A stretch of 64,000 nt of DNA from Synechococcales cyanobacterium PMM_0082 (GTDB lineage: Bacteria; Cyanobacteriota; Cyanobacteriia; Pseudanabaenales; Pseudanabaenaceae), in NCBI GenBank assembly GCA_949127865.1, contig CASBQR010000013.1:1277-65276 (forward strand), read 5' to 3'. Both the position numbers and the translations under genes were made by a program. Below the pieces are notes generated by a model. The model did no database searches. It was given only the letters and a program-made list of their open reading frames with translations, and was not told where the DNA came from. Below are positions 1-9,191 of the stretch, in pieces (the stretch's first letter is position 1; every line of letters begins with the position of its first letter).

Positions 1-512
1 TTAGCATTTTGATAACTGTCAAAAAGTTTGCTAACTATTTGTCTTTGCTTAATAATTTCAACCCCACCAAAACTATCCAGCCACTCTCTTTGCATAGAAG
101 CTCGACCTAAAAGCACGGTTTGCCCCTGTGCTGTAATTTCTACTAACTTTTCCCTGAGTGTCTGAATTTGTTGCTTATTTACAACTACCCCATTTACCCT
201 TGTACGATTACTTTTAGCGGTGATTTCTCGGCTACAGATAATTTGATTCTCTTCAATAAAATCAATTTCCTGAGTAGATAGCCACTCCGTTAATATAGGA
301 TTCGCTGCAAAAACTGCCTCGATCTCTGCCCGTTCTGTTCCAGTTCGCATTAACCTGGCTGTAGTCTTTCCACCTAAAGCGGCATCTAGGGCATCTAAAA
401 TAATCGACTTACCTGCCCCTGTTTCACCAGTCAGGATATTTAATCCTGCATATAGTTCTAATTCGAGATAATCAATTAGAGCAAAATTTTGAATTTTTAA
501 ACTCAAGAGCAT
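1..512 (-). CDS. recN: DNA repair protein RecN (N-terminal part, runs off window)
   Basis: Manual translation from ATG at 512: MLLSLKIQNFALIDYLELELYAGLNILTGETGAGKSIILDAL, with the RecN Walker A GETGAGKS. Confidence 0.93.
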   Translation of the reverse strand, partial: MLLSLKIQNFALIDYLELELYAGLNILTGETGAGKSIILDALDAALGGKTTARLMRTGTERAEIEAVFAANPILTEWLSTQEIDFIEENQIICSREITAKSNRTRVNGVVVNKQQIQTLREKLVEITAQGQTVLLGRASMQREWLDSFGGVEIIKQRQIVSKLFDSYQNA

Positions 513-615
513 GAAGCTTATAGATGATGGCTACTTCAAAGTTTAGCAGAGCTTTCACTATGTCACGAGCAAGCTTCAAACTCAATTTTTCCCAGTAGAT
601 CACTCCCGAAAATTC

Positions 616-1590
616 TTATGTCAAACAACTTAAAAAGCCCTGACGCAATTCTGCTTCATCAAGGTTACGACCGATAAATACAAGTTCATTTTTACGAATT
701 TCATGTTTTTGCCAAGGGCGATCGCTTTTTCCGTCAAAGATCATATGTATGCCTTGAAAGACAAATCGATTTTCCTCTCCGAGTACATTCAGAATACCTT
801 TCATCCGAAAAATATCGGCTCCTTTACTACTCAAAAGTCCATCTAACCACTCATTTAACTTGATGCCATCCATCGCCCCAATTTCGACGATTGCTACAGA
901 TTTAACGGTTTGATCGTGTTCATGATGGTGGTGATGGGCATGATCGTTTTCTCCTAAAAAGTGTGGATCAATTTCTAAAGCTCGACTGAGGTCAAAAGCT
1001 CCTACATCTAAAATTGATGACATTTCTACTTGAGAGGATTGAGTTTGATAAATCTTAGCGATCGCATTCATAGATCGAATTTTTGCTTCTAGCTCCGCCA
1101 ATTCACTGGGACTAACAAGATCAATCTTATTTAACAAAATAATATCGGCAAAGGCAATTTGTTCTTGGGCTTCATCACTATCCCAATGTTGAGAGATATG
1201 TTTAGTATCAACCACTGTCACAACTGCATCTAAATGGGTTCTACTTTTGACATCATCATCACTAAAAAAAGTTTGAATTACAGGCGCAGGATCGGCTAGA
1301 CCAGTGGTTTCTATTAATAAATGATCGAAATTTCGACGCATTAGTTTGGTAATAATACGGATTAAATCACCCCGAACAGTGCAGCAAATACAGCCGTTAT
1401 TCATCTCAAAAATTTCTTCGTCGGTACTGACAACTAGCTGATTATCAATCCCAATTTCACCAAATTCATTAACAATCACTGCCACTTTTTTGCCATGCTC
1501 GTAGGTGAGAATGTGATTTAGTAAAGTGGTTTTACCTGCTCCTAAATATCCAGTCAGTACAGTTACAGGTACAGATTTGGTGATGCTCAT
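616..1590 (-). CDS. COG0523/CobW-family metal-binding GTPase
   Basis: GYLGAGKTT Walker A, GCICC metal motif, [12 protein letters not shown], His-rich linker, CobW_C domain. Confidence 0.92.
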   Translation of the reverse strand: MSITKSVPVTVLTGYLGAGKTTLLNHILTYEHGKKVAVIVNEFGEIGIDNQLVVSTDEEIFEMNNGCICCTVRGDLIRIITKLMRRNFDHLLIETTGLADPAPVIQTFFSDDDVKSRTHLDAVVTVVDTKHISQHWDSDEAQEQIAFADIILLNKIDLVSPSELAELEAKIRSMNAIAKIYQTQSSQVEMSSILDVGAFDLSRALEIDPHFLGENDHAHHHHHEHDQTVKSVAIVEIGAMDGIKLNEWLDGLLSSKGADIFRMKGILNVLGEENRFVFQGIHMIFDGKSDRPWQKHEIRKNELVFIGRNLDEAELRQGFLSCLT

Positions 1591-1876
1591 AGTATTTATT
1601 GTTTCAGGATAATTTTTAGATCTAGAATCTAATCTATCTTAGCCTCTGGTGGGGTTGCCCATCTGAAGGATGAGAGAGGAGTATTTATATGCATTTTTTA
1701 GCTACTTCCTTCTTCTTTATGAGCTGAGTCGATGGGTTAGGGACTTCCTAGTCTTACTGGCAAGGTGTAATATGGCTAAATTTCTTATAAGTTTTTAGCG
1801 ATCGCTTTCTCAAACTTCTAGAAAAGAGTGACCATATTTCCTAATGGGAGACGCGATCAGTGTGATAGTTGATATG

Positions 1877-1916
1877 GCGATCGCTTTTTGGGGTGGGATA
1901 AGTAAGGGGCGATCAC
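1877..1916 (+). repeat. HIP1-doublet repeat unit, copy A (imperfect direct repeat with 2661-2699)
   Basis: gcgatcgc-tttttggggtgggataagtaaggg-gcgatcac. Confidence 0.5.
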
Positions 1917-1931
1917 TTGTCCTCTCAAAAA

Positions 1932-2327
1932 TCAATAAAGATAATCAAAACCCTTTTCGGTTTTTAATTTTTGATCAAATGTCGTTGTTGTCGTACAACC
2001 AGATTTTTGAGCGATCGCACCAATTAAATAATCGTAAAAATCAGCTTTTCCCTGTTTAAAACGCTGTAAAGATTGATAAGCTATTGAGCGCTTTTCCCAT
2101 TCAAAAACAGCACATTGCAACATCATTTCTAGGGTATTACTAATTTCTTCCCTACTAAATTGATAAGGATTACCACGCAAAACCCAGATTAATTCACATA
2201 AAACTATATTACTAACAAAACACTGAACTGTCCCCTCTACAATATCAACAGCTTGCTTCCACTGCTTTTCATCGTCTTTTGTCAGGTAGCGAACCAAGAT
2301 ATTCGTATCAAGTCCAATCACAAGCAC
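1932..2327 (-). CDS. vapC: VapC-family PIN-domain toxin
   Basis: IGLDTNILVRYL...VLCELIWVL...ADFYDYLI...TTFD, the PIN acidic residues; overlaps the upstream antitoxin. Confidence 0.88.
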   Translation of the reverse strand: MLVIGLDTNILVRYLTKDDEKQWKQAVDIVEGTVQCFVSNIVLCELIWVLRGNPYQFSREEISNTLEMMLQCAVFEWEKRSIAYQSLQRFKQGKADFYDYLIGAIAQKSGCTTTTTFDQKLKTEKGFDYLY

Positions 2328-2553
2328 CTCTAGTAATTGCTTCTTCCATTTGCGCTAAAGTGGCAGGTATCATCCCTTTTTTGTGCAAAATTCCTGATAA
2401 CTTCTGAACAGGAACATTGAGAGAAAGTAATTTTACTGTGCCATTTTCATCCACAATAAAATCAACCTTGCTACCTGTATCTAAGTTTAGGTAATCCCTA
2501 ATTTCTTTGGGAATAGTGACTTGTCCTTTGGTTGTGACTGTCGCCTTTGTCAT
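2308..2553 (-). CDS. AbrB/MazE/SpoVT-family antitoxin
   Basis: ATVTTKGQVTIPKEIRDYLNL swapped-hairpin signature; directly upstream of and overlapping vapC. Confidence 0.9.
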   Translation of the reverse strand: MTKATVTTKGQVTIPKEIRDYLNLDTGSKVDFIVDENGTVKLLSLNVPVQKLSGILHKKGMIPATLAQMEEAITRGACDWT

Positions 2554-2660
2554 TACTTTAGCTCCTTACAAAAATATCTTACTTAATTGTAGGATGGCTC
2601 TCGAAAAAAATGATCATTCTCTAGGGATAGGGTGCAATCTCCTTTTTGGGAAAATTCAGT

Positions 2661-2699
2661 GCGATCGCTTTTTAGTTGGGATGATGTTAGGGCGATCGC
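2661..2699 (+). repeat. HIP1-doublet repeat unit, copy B
   Basis: gcgatcgc-tttttagttgggatgatgttagg-gcgatcgc, similar to 1877-1916. Confidence 0.5.
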
Positions 2700-2839
2700 T
2701 CAATAAATTTTCTCGGAACTTCAAGCTTTTTTCTCGGAAGTCCGAGATATTTTGTATAACGTTTTACAAATTTAGTGCAACGGTAAAGCTTTGAGTGCGA
2801 TCGCTAGAACAAAAAAAGGCAATATTCCTCAACAAACTT

Positions 2840-3203
2840 TTAGCTTTTCTTTAGTAATTTTGGGATCTGGTGTCCTTCTAATCCTGCTAATTGAATCGCA
2901 TTACAACCAAGCTTAAACGCATCATCGTAAGATTTATTTGCCCCGATCGCTGCATAAAACCCAACTGCAAATTCAATGGCTGCGCGATCGCCGATGCTAT
3001 CATCCATGCCGATTACATAGTTGATGTGTTGCGCGATCGCTTGGGCTTGAACTTCGCTGTAACAGGCATTGAGAACTACGCACTCAAGGCGATCGCTGAA
3101 TAACTCAAATAGATTAGCTAAAGCTTCCCCAGAGATTAACTTATCCAAACCATCAATACCTTCAAAAACTAGTCCTTTTTCGCCTGCACCATGCCCTGAG
3201 AAA
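2840..3203 (-). pseudogene. CHAT (caspase-like) domain C-terminal remnant
   Basis: FSGHG...GLVFE...CVVLNACYS...IGM...AAIEFAVGFY keeps the His/Cys dyad; sequence upstream of FSGHG in the ORF does not resemble CHAT, so the N-terminus is missing. Confidence 0.75.
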
Positions 3204-3402
3204 TCTTGATAGCGATTTTGATGCTCTGGAAGTTCGGAGTTATTGGGTACAAGTGGGTTGGCATCCACCGAAAGATTAAGGCAAAATTGCTCTAACCTCA
3301 AATCAAACAGCGATTGCTCTAACCCTAGATGTCAAAAAAGCGATCACTTTAAATGATGTTAAATAAATAATTGGCTTATGAGATTGGGGCTAAATCGCTA
3401 AT

Positions 3403-4218
3403 CTACACATCTGTAGGAATGCTCACAATCAACTCTTTTTTTCTGATTTTGGTAAGAAAATCATCAGATGTCCAGCATTGAAATTTAACAAAAATCTTTC
3501 GCAACTCTAAAAGCTCATCTAAATCATTTTGAGATAGTTCTTGAAAACGACCGTTAGTATAGTCTTTAAGACAATTTTTAAAGGGCGATTCACGCATGCC
3601 TTCGACAAAAGACACAATTACTTTAGAGACTACTTTATATGACCACTTTGCTACATCTTCAGTGGCAACTGATGAAATGAACGGAAGACACATGAGGTCT
3701 ATTGTTTGATCATCTTCAGCTTCTTTAGTAAAATCTTCAGCTTCTTTATGAATACCTATAGATTGATTAACAGAGCTAATTCCGCGACTTCTTAATTGTG
3801 TCAAAATCTGCGTATGTCTTTTTATAAGACCATCATCCATAGTATCTCCAGCCCATAGATGAATAATTGCGCCACGAATATCAAAAAGAAGCTTAAAATC
3901 CTGATATATCCCATTTCCTTTAATAAACGGAGTATCAGAAGTACTGCAACTTGCATGAAATAGTCTGTCCTCAATTGACTTAAGCTTGTTGATTGAAGAG
4001 AAGAGTGATTGTGCATCAGCTTCCTCTCTATCTCTAGATAACATAATAAGTTCTCCTAAAAATGCCTCAACGGTCATTATAGAAAATGTAATAGCAACTA
4101 GTGCGTCATACTGACCGCCCATGTTAATCGCTTTAGCAATTGGGTTATATTGCCCTCTTGTGAATCCTTTTTTGGCTACTTCAAATAAATTGCTAGCGCT
4201 TAGAAATGGTTTAGCCAT
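3403..4218 (-). CDS. Hypothetical protein with HEPN-like features
   Basis: 271-aa ORF with a helix carrying E (FSIMTVEAFL) and an Rx4H motif (FDIRGAIIH); no HIP1 site seen in the gene. Confidence 0.6.
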   Translation of the reverse strand: MAKPFLSASNLFEVAKKGFTRGQYNPIAKAINMGGQYDALVAITFSIMTVEAFLGELIMLSRDREEADAQSLFSSINKLKSIEDRLFHASCSTSDTPFIKGNGIYQDFKLLFDIRGAIIHLWAGDTMDDGLIKRHTQILTQLRSRGISSVNQSIGIHKEAEDFTKEAEDDQTIDLMCLPFISSVATEDVAKWSYKVVSKVIVSFVEGMRESPFKNCLKDYTNGRFQELSQNDLDELLELRKIFVKFQCWTSDDFLTKIRKKELIVSIPTDV

Positions 4219-4464
4219 AAATTCACTTTTAGGTACTAACTCGTAGTAGTGAGATGTTTATACGAAATAGCATACTACATCATTTCTACAGTAATGCTCT
4301 CGGTAAACTAGCCGATCGCCTTTTACTTTCTCATAGATTAAAGAGGCGATCGCCCGTAAACCACTTACTGAAATAAACATAATCCACAAGTTTAAGATTA
4401 TCGCTCACGCAAATCATCTTGGAATATCAACGATCAATTTTAAATACTAACTAACTTTTCGTGC

Positions 4465-5055
4465 CTAAACTACTTCTAACAAAAAAGCCCGATATCCCGC
4501 CTGAACGAAATGAAAATCAGCCGTTGCCGCCTCAATCAGATTATTTTTTGACATCAGAGTAAACGAAATACAGTCAGTCAATCCCCAATCCTTATCTGGT
4601 CTAGCTCCATAAAGCTGCAAAGCACGACCCAAAAGCACAGTATCGACAGTAACCACCGTAATATTTGGAGTTCGATAACACTGTTGAATAGATTGAGAAG
4701 CAGCACTACGATTCATCGCACTAAAAGCATTTCCCACCTCAACTAGTACCGCCTCAGTAACCCACACTTCCCTTGCATTATAAACTCTTGGCAATAGAAC
4801 CCTTGCCTGTTGATGATGCCGATCTTTAGAATTAAGCAAAGCCTGAATGAACAATGTATCCAGTAATAAGAGATCATCATCATGGGTTAAAAGAATCCTC
4901 TTTTGGGACTTAGCAAATAACAAATGTTCCAGATCGCTTTTACCAAGCAATCCAACATCCCGCGAAGTCGTTACGTCAATCCCTGCGCGTCTTAGTCCCT
5001 GAGCGATCGCAAGATTAACATTTTCATCAAGATGGTAACGAATCCGCCCTAACAT
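4465..5055 (-). CDS. Chimeric toxin: N-terminal DUF5615 (VapC45-like PIN) fused in frame to a VapC PIN domain
   Basis: YHLDENV...SDLEHL...ILLTHDDD (DUF5615), then LLDTLFIQALLN...LVE...WGLTDCISF...TADFHF (VapC). Confidence 0.75.
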   Translation of the reverse strand: MLGRIRYHLDENVNLAIAQGLRRAGIDVTTSRDVGLLGKSDLEHLLFAKSQKRILLTHDDDLLLLDTLFIQALLNSKDRHHQQARVLLPRVYNAREVWVTEAVLVEVGNAFSAMNRSAASQSIQQCYRTPNITVVTVDTVLLGRALQLYGARPDKDWGLTDCISFTLMSKNNLIEAATADFHFVQAGYRAFLLEVV

Positions 5056-5359
5056 TCTTTAATCCCTTGATTTTTTCTTGCAAAAGAGATGGATACATTG
5101 GACGCAAGGAATCTGCAAAAGCCTCAGATACTTGAATGCTCTCATCAATGGCAACCTTATTATCGTAATAAAACGACATCGCCGCATATACCTCAGCCAA
5201 AGTCAGGTCATACTCCGCCGCCACCTCTTCCAACGTCTGTCCCAACCGCAAATAAGCGATCGCCACATCAGCGATCGTAATTCGCCGCCCCGCAATCCGA
5301 GGCTTACCACCACGAACATCAGGCGTAACTTCAATATAGCGATCAATCGCAACTTTCAT
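5027..5359 (-). CDS. DUF433-family antitoxin
   Basis: IEVTPDVRGGKPRIAGRRITIADV...AEYDLTLAEVYAAMSFYYD; start placed at ATG 5359. Confidence 0.9.
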   Translation of the reverse strand: MKVAIDRYIEVTPDVRGGKPRIAGRRITIADVAIAYLRLGQTLEEVAAEYDLTLAEVYAAMSFYYDNKVAIDESIQVSEAFADSLRPMYPSLLQEKIKGLKNVRADSLPS

Positions 5360-5409
5360 AATGTCTTGACCTATAGCATTTTCATATTTTACAAGCATTT
5401 TAGTTGAGC

Positions 5410-5438
5410 GATCTATCGAATTGTTTTCCCGATAGATC
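5410..5438. promoter_or_regulatory. 9-bp inverted repeat upstream of DUF433; possible TA operator
   Basis: gatctatcg-N11-cgatagatc. Confidence 0.35.
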
Positions 5439-5522
5439 TACTACATCGAAGATGAAAAAGTAACTGTCTATCATGCTGCCCGCCAATACTTAACAAAAGA
5501 AAAGTTCTTGCTGGATAGTTAA
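5436..5522 (+). pseudogene. RelE/ParE-like toxin C-terminal remnant
   Basis: Translates IYYIEDEKVTVYHAARQYLTKEKFLLDS*, with YRIVF just upstream in another frame; resembles a ParE C-terminus. Confidence 0.45.
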
Positions 5523-5667
5523 TCGATATGATGATCGCTTCAATCTATGTTTTTTATGCGATCGCTCCGCATGGCAGTGGAACCAGATCAACAGCAAATA
5601 AATATAATTCCTAGTTCTAAGGGTGTCTTGTAATGTAAATTAAATAGCATCGAGAGTAGAGATTTTT

Positions 5668-6762
5668 ATGCTTGAATCCTTTGAAATATCTAACTTTAGG
5701 CTGTTTCAGCACCTTATAGTAAAAAAACTAAATCGTGTTAACTTGATTGTTGGTAAAAATAATTCTGGAAAAAGTACATTTCTTGAAGCGGTAGAACTCT
5801 ATATTAGTAACGTATCTCCTGCTGTATTAATTGAACTTATAGAATCTAGAAATAATGATTGGCACATTGAATCTACATCATACTCACAAAATATATTTGC
5901 CCATCCTTTGCGTCACCTCTTCTTTGGACATAAATTTCCTGATTTAAGACAAGAGCCAATTTCACTTGGGGAGATTCTTTCTGAAAAGATTTATATCGGA
6001 TTAAGGGTATCTCGTCCAATTAATAATGATGAAGATAAAACTGCAAGAAGATTTATAAATATTGACTTACATTCAGTTGACGACTTCTCTGACTTGGTTA
6101 TCGATCTAGTCGCAGTAGAAAATGAAAAAACGAGGAGAGTTACTTCTTTTAGCTACGAATTTAAACATCAAGCGAGAACTTTATTCGATTTAAAATATCC
6201 GTGGCAGACCGTTTCAACAGGAAATATGAGTAATCAAAAACTTTCTGCCCTTTGGGATTTGACTAGCTTAAAAATAAATTTAAAAAATGCGGTGATTGAT
6301 GCACTGTGCCTGATTGATCCAAGAGTAACTGGTGTTGGGTTTGTAGATGATACAAGTAAAGGGCGCGATCGCATTCCATTAGTGACAATGAGCGGAGTTG
6401 AAGAGCCTTTACCCCTCAAAAGTATGGGAGATGGGATGACAAGATTATTTCATATTATTCTTGCGCTTGTGAATGCTAAAAACGGACTTTTATTAATAGA
6501 TGAATTTGAAAATGGATTGCATTGGAGCGTTCAACCTAAAATTTGGAATATTATTTTTCAGTTAGCAGAAAGACTGAATGTTCAAGTTTTTGCCACTACC
6601 CACAGTCGAGATTGTATAGCTGGCTTTGATGATGCTTGGAATAACTATCCTGAACTAGGAGCATTTTTAAGGCTAGATCTAAAAGATGGAATTGTTAAAG
6701 CAACTGAGTATTCCTCGGAAACTCTCACAGATGCGATCGAAATGGATGTTGAAGTGAGATGA
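5668..6762 (+). CDS. ABC-type (AAA_15/AAA_21-like) ATPase
   Basis: Walker A GKNNSGKS, signature-like SMGDG, Walker B LLLIDEFENGLH, H-loop TTHS. Confidence 0.9.
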   Translation: MLESFEISNFRLFQHLIVKKLNRVNLIVGKNNSGKSTFLEAVELYISNVSPAVLIELIESRNNDWHIESTSYSQNIFAHPLRHLFFGHKFPDLRQEPISLGEILSEKIYIGLRVSRPINNDEDKTARRFINIDLHSVDDFSDLVIDLVAVENEKTRRVTSFSYEFKHQARTLFDLKYPWQTVSTGNMSNQKLSALWDLTSLKINLKNAVIDALCLIDPRVTGVGFVDDTSKGRDRIPLVTMSGVEEPLPLKSMGDGMTRLFHIILALVNAKNGLLLIDEFENGLHWSVQPKIWNIIFQLAERLNVQVFATTHSRDCIAGFDDAWNNYPELGAFLRLDLKDGIVKATEYSSETLTDAIEMDVEVR

Positions 6763-7412
6763 GTAAAGATAACATCTGTAAGCAAGATACCGAAAAAATC
6801 TTGCTAGTTGAGGGAGTTAATGATTGCCATGTGGTTATGGCGTTGTGTGAAGCTCATCATATCCCTGAAACTTTTGGCATATATGAATGTGGTTCAGATG
6901 ACAGAGTATTACAACGACTCAATGCTCTAATTAAGCGTTCAGATCGTCCTAGCGTGATTGGTATCATACTAGATACTGATAAACCCAAAGATAATCCTTC
7001 GGTTGCGGCTAGATTAGACAGTATAAAAAGTAAGTTAAAAGATTATAGCTATCAATTTCCATCCATACCCAATCCAAACGGAACTATAGTTACTGGCTCT
7101 GAGGGCGAACCTAAACTGGGTTTTTGGTTAATGCCTAATAATCAAGACATAGGAATGTTAGAGGACTTTTGCGCCGATCTTGCCGATCTAGAATCCCTTG
7201 AGTTTGCCAAAGAGTGTGTGAACCAAGCAGTAGTAAAACAAGTAAGTACATTTAAGAACGCCCACCTTAGTAAGGCAGTTATTCATACTTACCTGGCTTG
7301 GTGTGATGAACCTGGATATCCTTTAGGTAAAGCAATTACTGGTCAATCCCTTCGTCCTCATTCAGATATTGCCATACGATTTGCAGAATGGCTTACTCTT
7401 TTATTCACTTGA
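6759..7412 (+). CDS. DUF3226-family TOPRIM-like protein (putative nuclease)
   Basis: LLVEGVND, ILDTD (DxD), WLMPNNQDIGMLEDF, KAVIHTYLAW; ATGA overlap with the ATPase. Confidence 0.8.
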   Translation: MSKDNICKQDTEKILLVEGVNDCHVVMALCEAHHIPETFGIYECGSDDRVLQRLNALIKRSDRPSVIGIILDTDKPKDNPSVAARLDSIKSKLKDYSYQFPSIPNPNGTIVTGSEGEPKLGFWLMPNNQDIGMLEDFCADLADLESLEFAKECVNQAVVKQVSTFKNAHLSKAVIHTYLAWCDEPGYPLGKAITGQSLRPHSDIAIRFAEWLTLLFT

Positions 7413-7429
7413 ATAGATTCTAAAAATTC

Positions 7430-8956
7430 TTATTTTAATAAAGCTGATATATCCAAAGATTCCTGAGTTTGGAAGAATTCTAAAAGCCTTTCCGCAATTT
7501 GGTTAACTCCACCTTCAAGATTAGATTCAATGTTTAGAGGCATAACAGGATCATGCAAAGATAGACGCAGTAAGAACCAACCATTTTCCTGTTCCGAATT
7601 GCAAAAAACTCTAACTCCTTCGTAATTATTGGGGACGACTTGCCAGTTTGATTGCTCAGATGCAAAAACTTGAAGTTGAGCGATCGCTTTATTCCCAACC
7701 GCTTTAAAGTCCTCGGCTAAAATCTTGATTCTAAACTCAGAACTTTCCACAGGTTCTTTTAAGTTAGAGATTAAATCAGTTAAAGACTTTCCTACCAGTT
7801 TAGATTTAGCTAATTCAATTAATAACTTACTGACTAAATAGGCACCATCATCAAGGAAATAATTTTCTTTAAGTGCGCCATGTCCAGAGGTTTCGATCGC
7901 CAGCCAAGACTCTTGCCCAGTTTGATTGAGGCGGATAGCTTCATTAATGACATTTTTATAACCCCGCTTAAAGCGATGGTGAGTTCCTTGTAAATCCTTG
8001 GTAATAAATTCTGTTAAGCCATCGGAAGTAATAGAATCGGTAACAACTGTAGAATGTGGGTGTTCTTGTAAAATAATTGCCGCAATTAAAGCAATCAAAC
8101 GATTACGGTTTAGTTCATTACCAAACTGATCGACGGCGGCACTGCGATCGACATCAGTATCAAAAATAATACCAAAATCCGCTTTATGATTAATCACTGC
8201 CTGACAAATAGCTGCCATTGCCGCTTTATCCTCAGGATTCGGTACATGATTAGGGAAATTACCATCAGGTTCTAAAAACTGGCTGCCTGTAGTATCTGCG
8301 CCTAGGGGTTCTAAAACTTGGGATGCATAAAATCCCCCCGCCCCATTACCCGCATCTACAATAATTTTTAAGCCGAGTAGGGGTTGCTCGAAATTATGGG
8401 GATGGTTAACCTCTGTGCGAATTTTATGGACAAGTTGCTGGGAATAAACAGAAATAAAGTCATGTTTGGTTATATTCTGAGCGATCGCTTCTTTCTCAAT
8501 CCCAATATTTTCAGCCAGAGCCAGAATATCGGAAATATCTTGCTTTTCGAGACCACCCGCCGCCGTAAAAAACTTCAAGCCATTGCGATTAAAGGGTAAA
8601 TGACTAGCCGTGAGCATAATCGCCCCATCACAGTTAAATCCCTCCGTAATTGTGCTCATAAACATTGCAGGAGTAGAAGCCATACCAAAGTCATAGACCT
8701 GAGAGCCTAGAGATGTAATTCCTGCCATTACTGCTTCAATTAGGACTAGACCCGATAAGCGACTATCTCGACCTACAGAAATAGTTAATTTGGATAAAGG
8801 TTTACTAATTTTCTGTGCCAACCACTGCGTAAAAGCTTGCCCCAAAATATTGATAATTTCAGGTGTGAGATTTACTAGTTCACCCTCAACCCCTGCTAAA
8901 GATACTCCCCGAATATCGGAGCCATTTTGCAGCTTTTTCCAGCTATAGTTTGACAT
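7430..8956 (-). CDS. Phosphomannomutase/phosphoglucomutase
   Basis: TASH phosphoserine loop, FDTDVDR metal loop, ETSGH. Confidence 0.93.
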   Translation of the reverse strand: MSNYSWKKLQNGSDIRGVSLAGVEGELVNLTPEIINILGQAFTQWLAQKISKPLSKLTISVGRDSRLSGLVLIEAVMAGITSLGSQVYDFGMASTPAMFMSTITEGFNCDGAIMLTASHLPFNRNGLKFFTAAGGLEKQDISDILALAENIGIEKEAIAQNITKHDFISVYSQQLVHKIRTEVNHPHNFEQPLLGLKIIVDAGNGAGGFYASQVLEPLGADTTGSQFLEPDGNFPNHVPNPEDKAAMAAICQAVINHKADFGIIFDTDVDRSAAVDQFGNELNRNRLIALIAAIILQEHPHSTVVTDSITSDGLTEFITKDLQGTHHRFKRGYKNVINEAIRLNQTGQESWLAIETSGHGALKENYFLDDGAYLVSKLLIELAKSKLVGKSLTDLISNLKEPVESSEFRIKILAEDFKAVGNKAIAQLQVFASEQSNWQVVPNNYEGVRVFCNSEQENGWFLLRLSLHDPVMPLNIESNLEGGVNQIAERLLEFFQTQESLDISALLK

Positions 8957-8964
8957 TTTAAGAT

Positions 8965-9189
8965 TTAGCCTCCACCAACGATTGTCACAATTTCTAAGCG
9001 ATCGCCTGTTTGTAAATTAGTTTCTTGCCAATGTTGCCGATGTAAAATTTCGCCGTTGTATTCTACTGCTACAAGTCGAGGATTTAAGCCTAGACTTATT
9101 AATAAATCAGGCATATTTAAATTAGCGGCACAGGTTTGTTCTTGCCCATTTAGATAAAAACTGATAGTTGATGTGCTCATTTTCCCCAT
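8965..9189 (-). CDS. thiS: Sulfur carrier protein ThiS
   Basis: LNG...VAVEYNGEIL...EIVTIVGGG with C-terminal GG. Confidence 0.93.
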   Translation of the reverse strand: MGKMSTSTISFYLNGQEQTCAANLNMPDLLISLGLNPRLVAVEYNGEILHRQHWQETNLQTGDRLEIVTIVGGG

Positions 9190-9191
9190 GG

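Noticed and set aside
1591-1800. Possible Zur box or cobalamin riboswitch upstream of the COG0523 gene
   Set aside because: No TGATAATNATTATCA-like palindrome or B12-box recognisable.
2701-2800. ttttctcggaa direct repeat, tctcgga/tccgaga hairpin and an attC-like start (tataac)
   Set aside because: No matching GTTRRRY end forming an attC structure and no integron integrase in the window.
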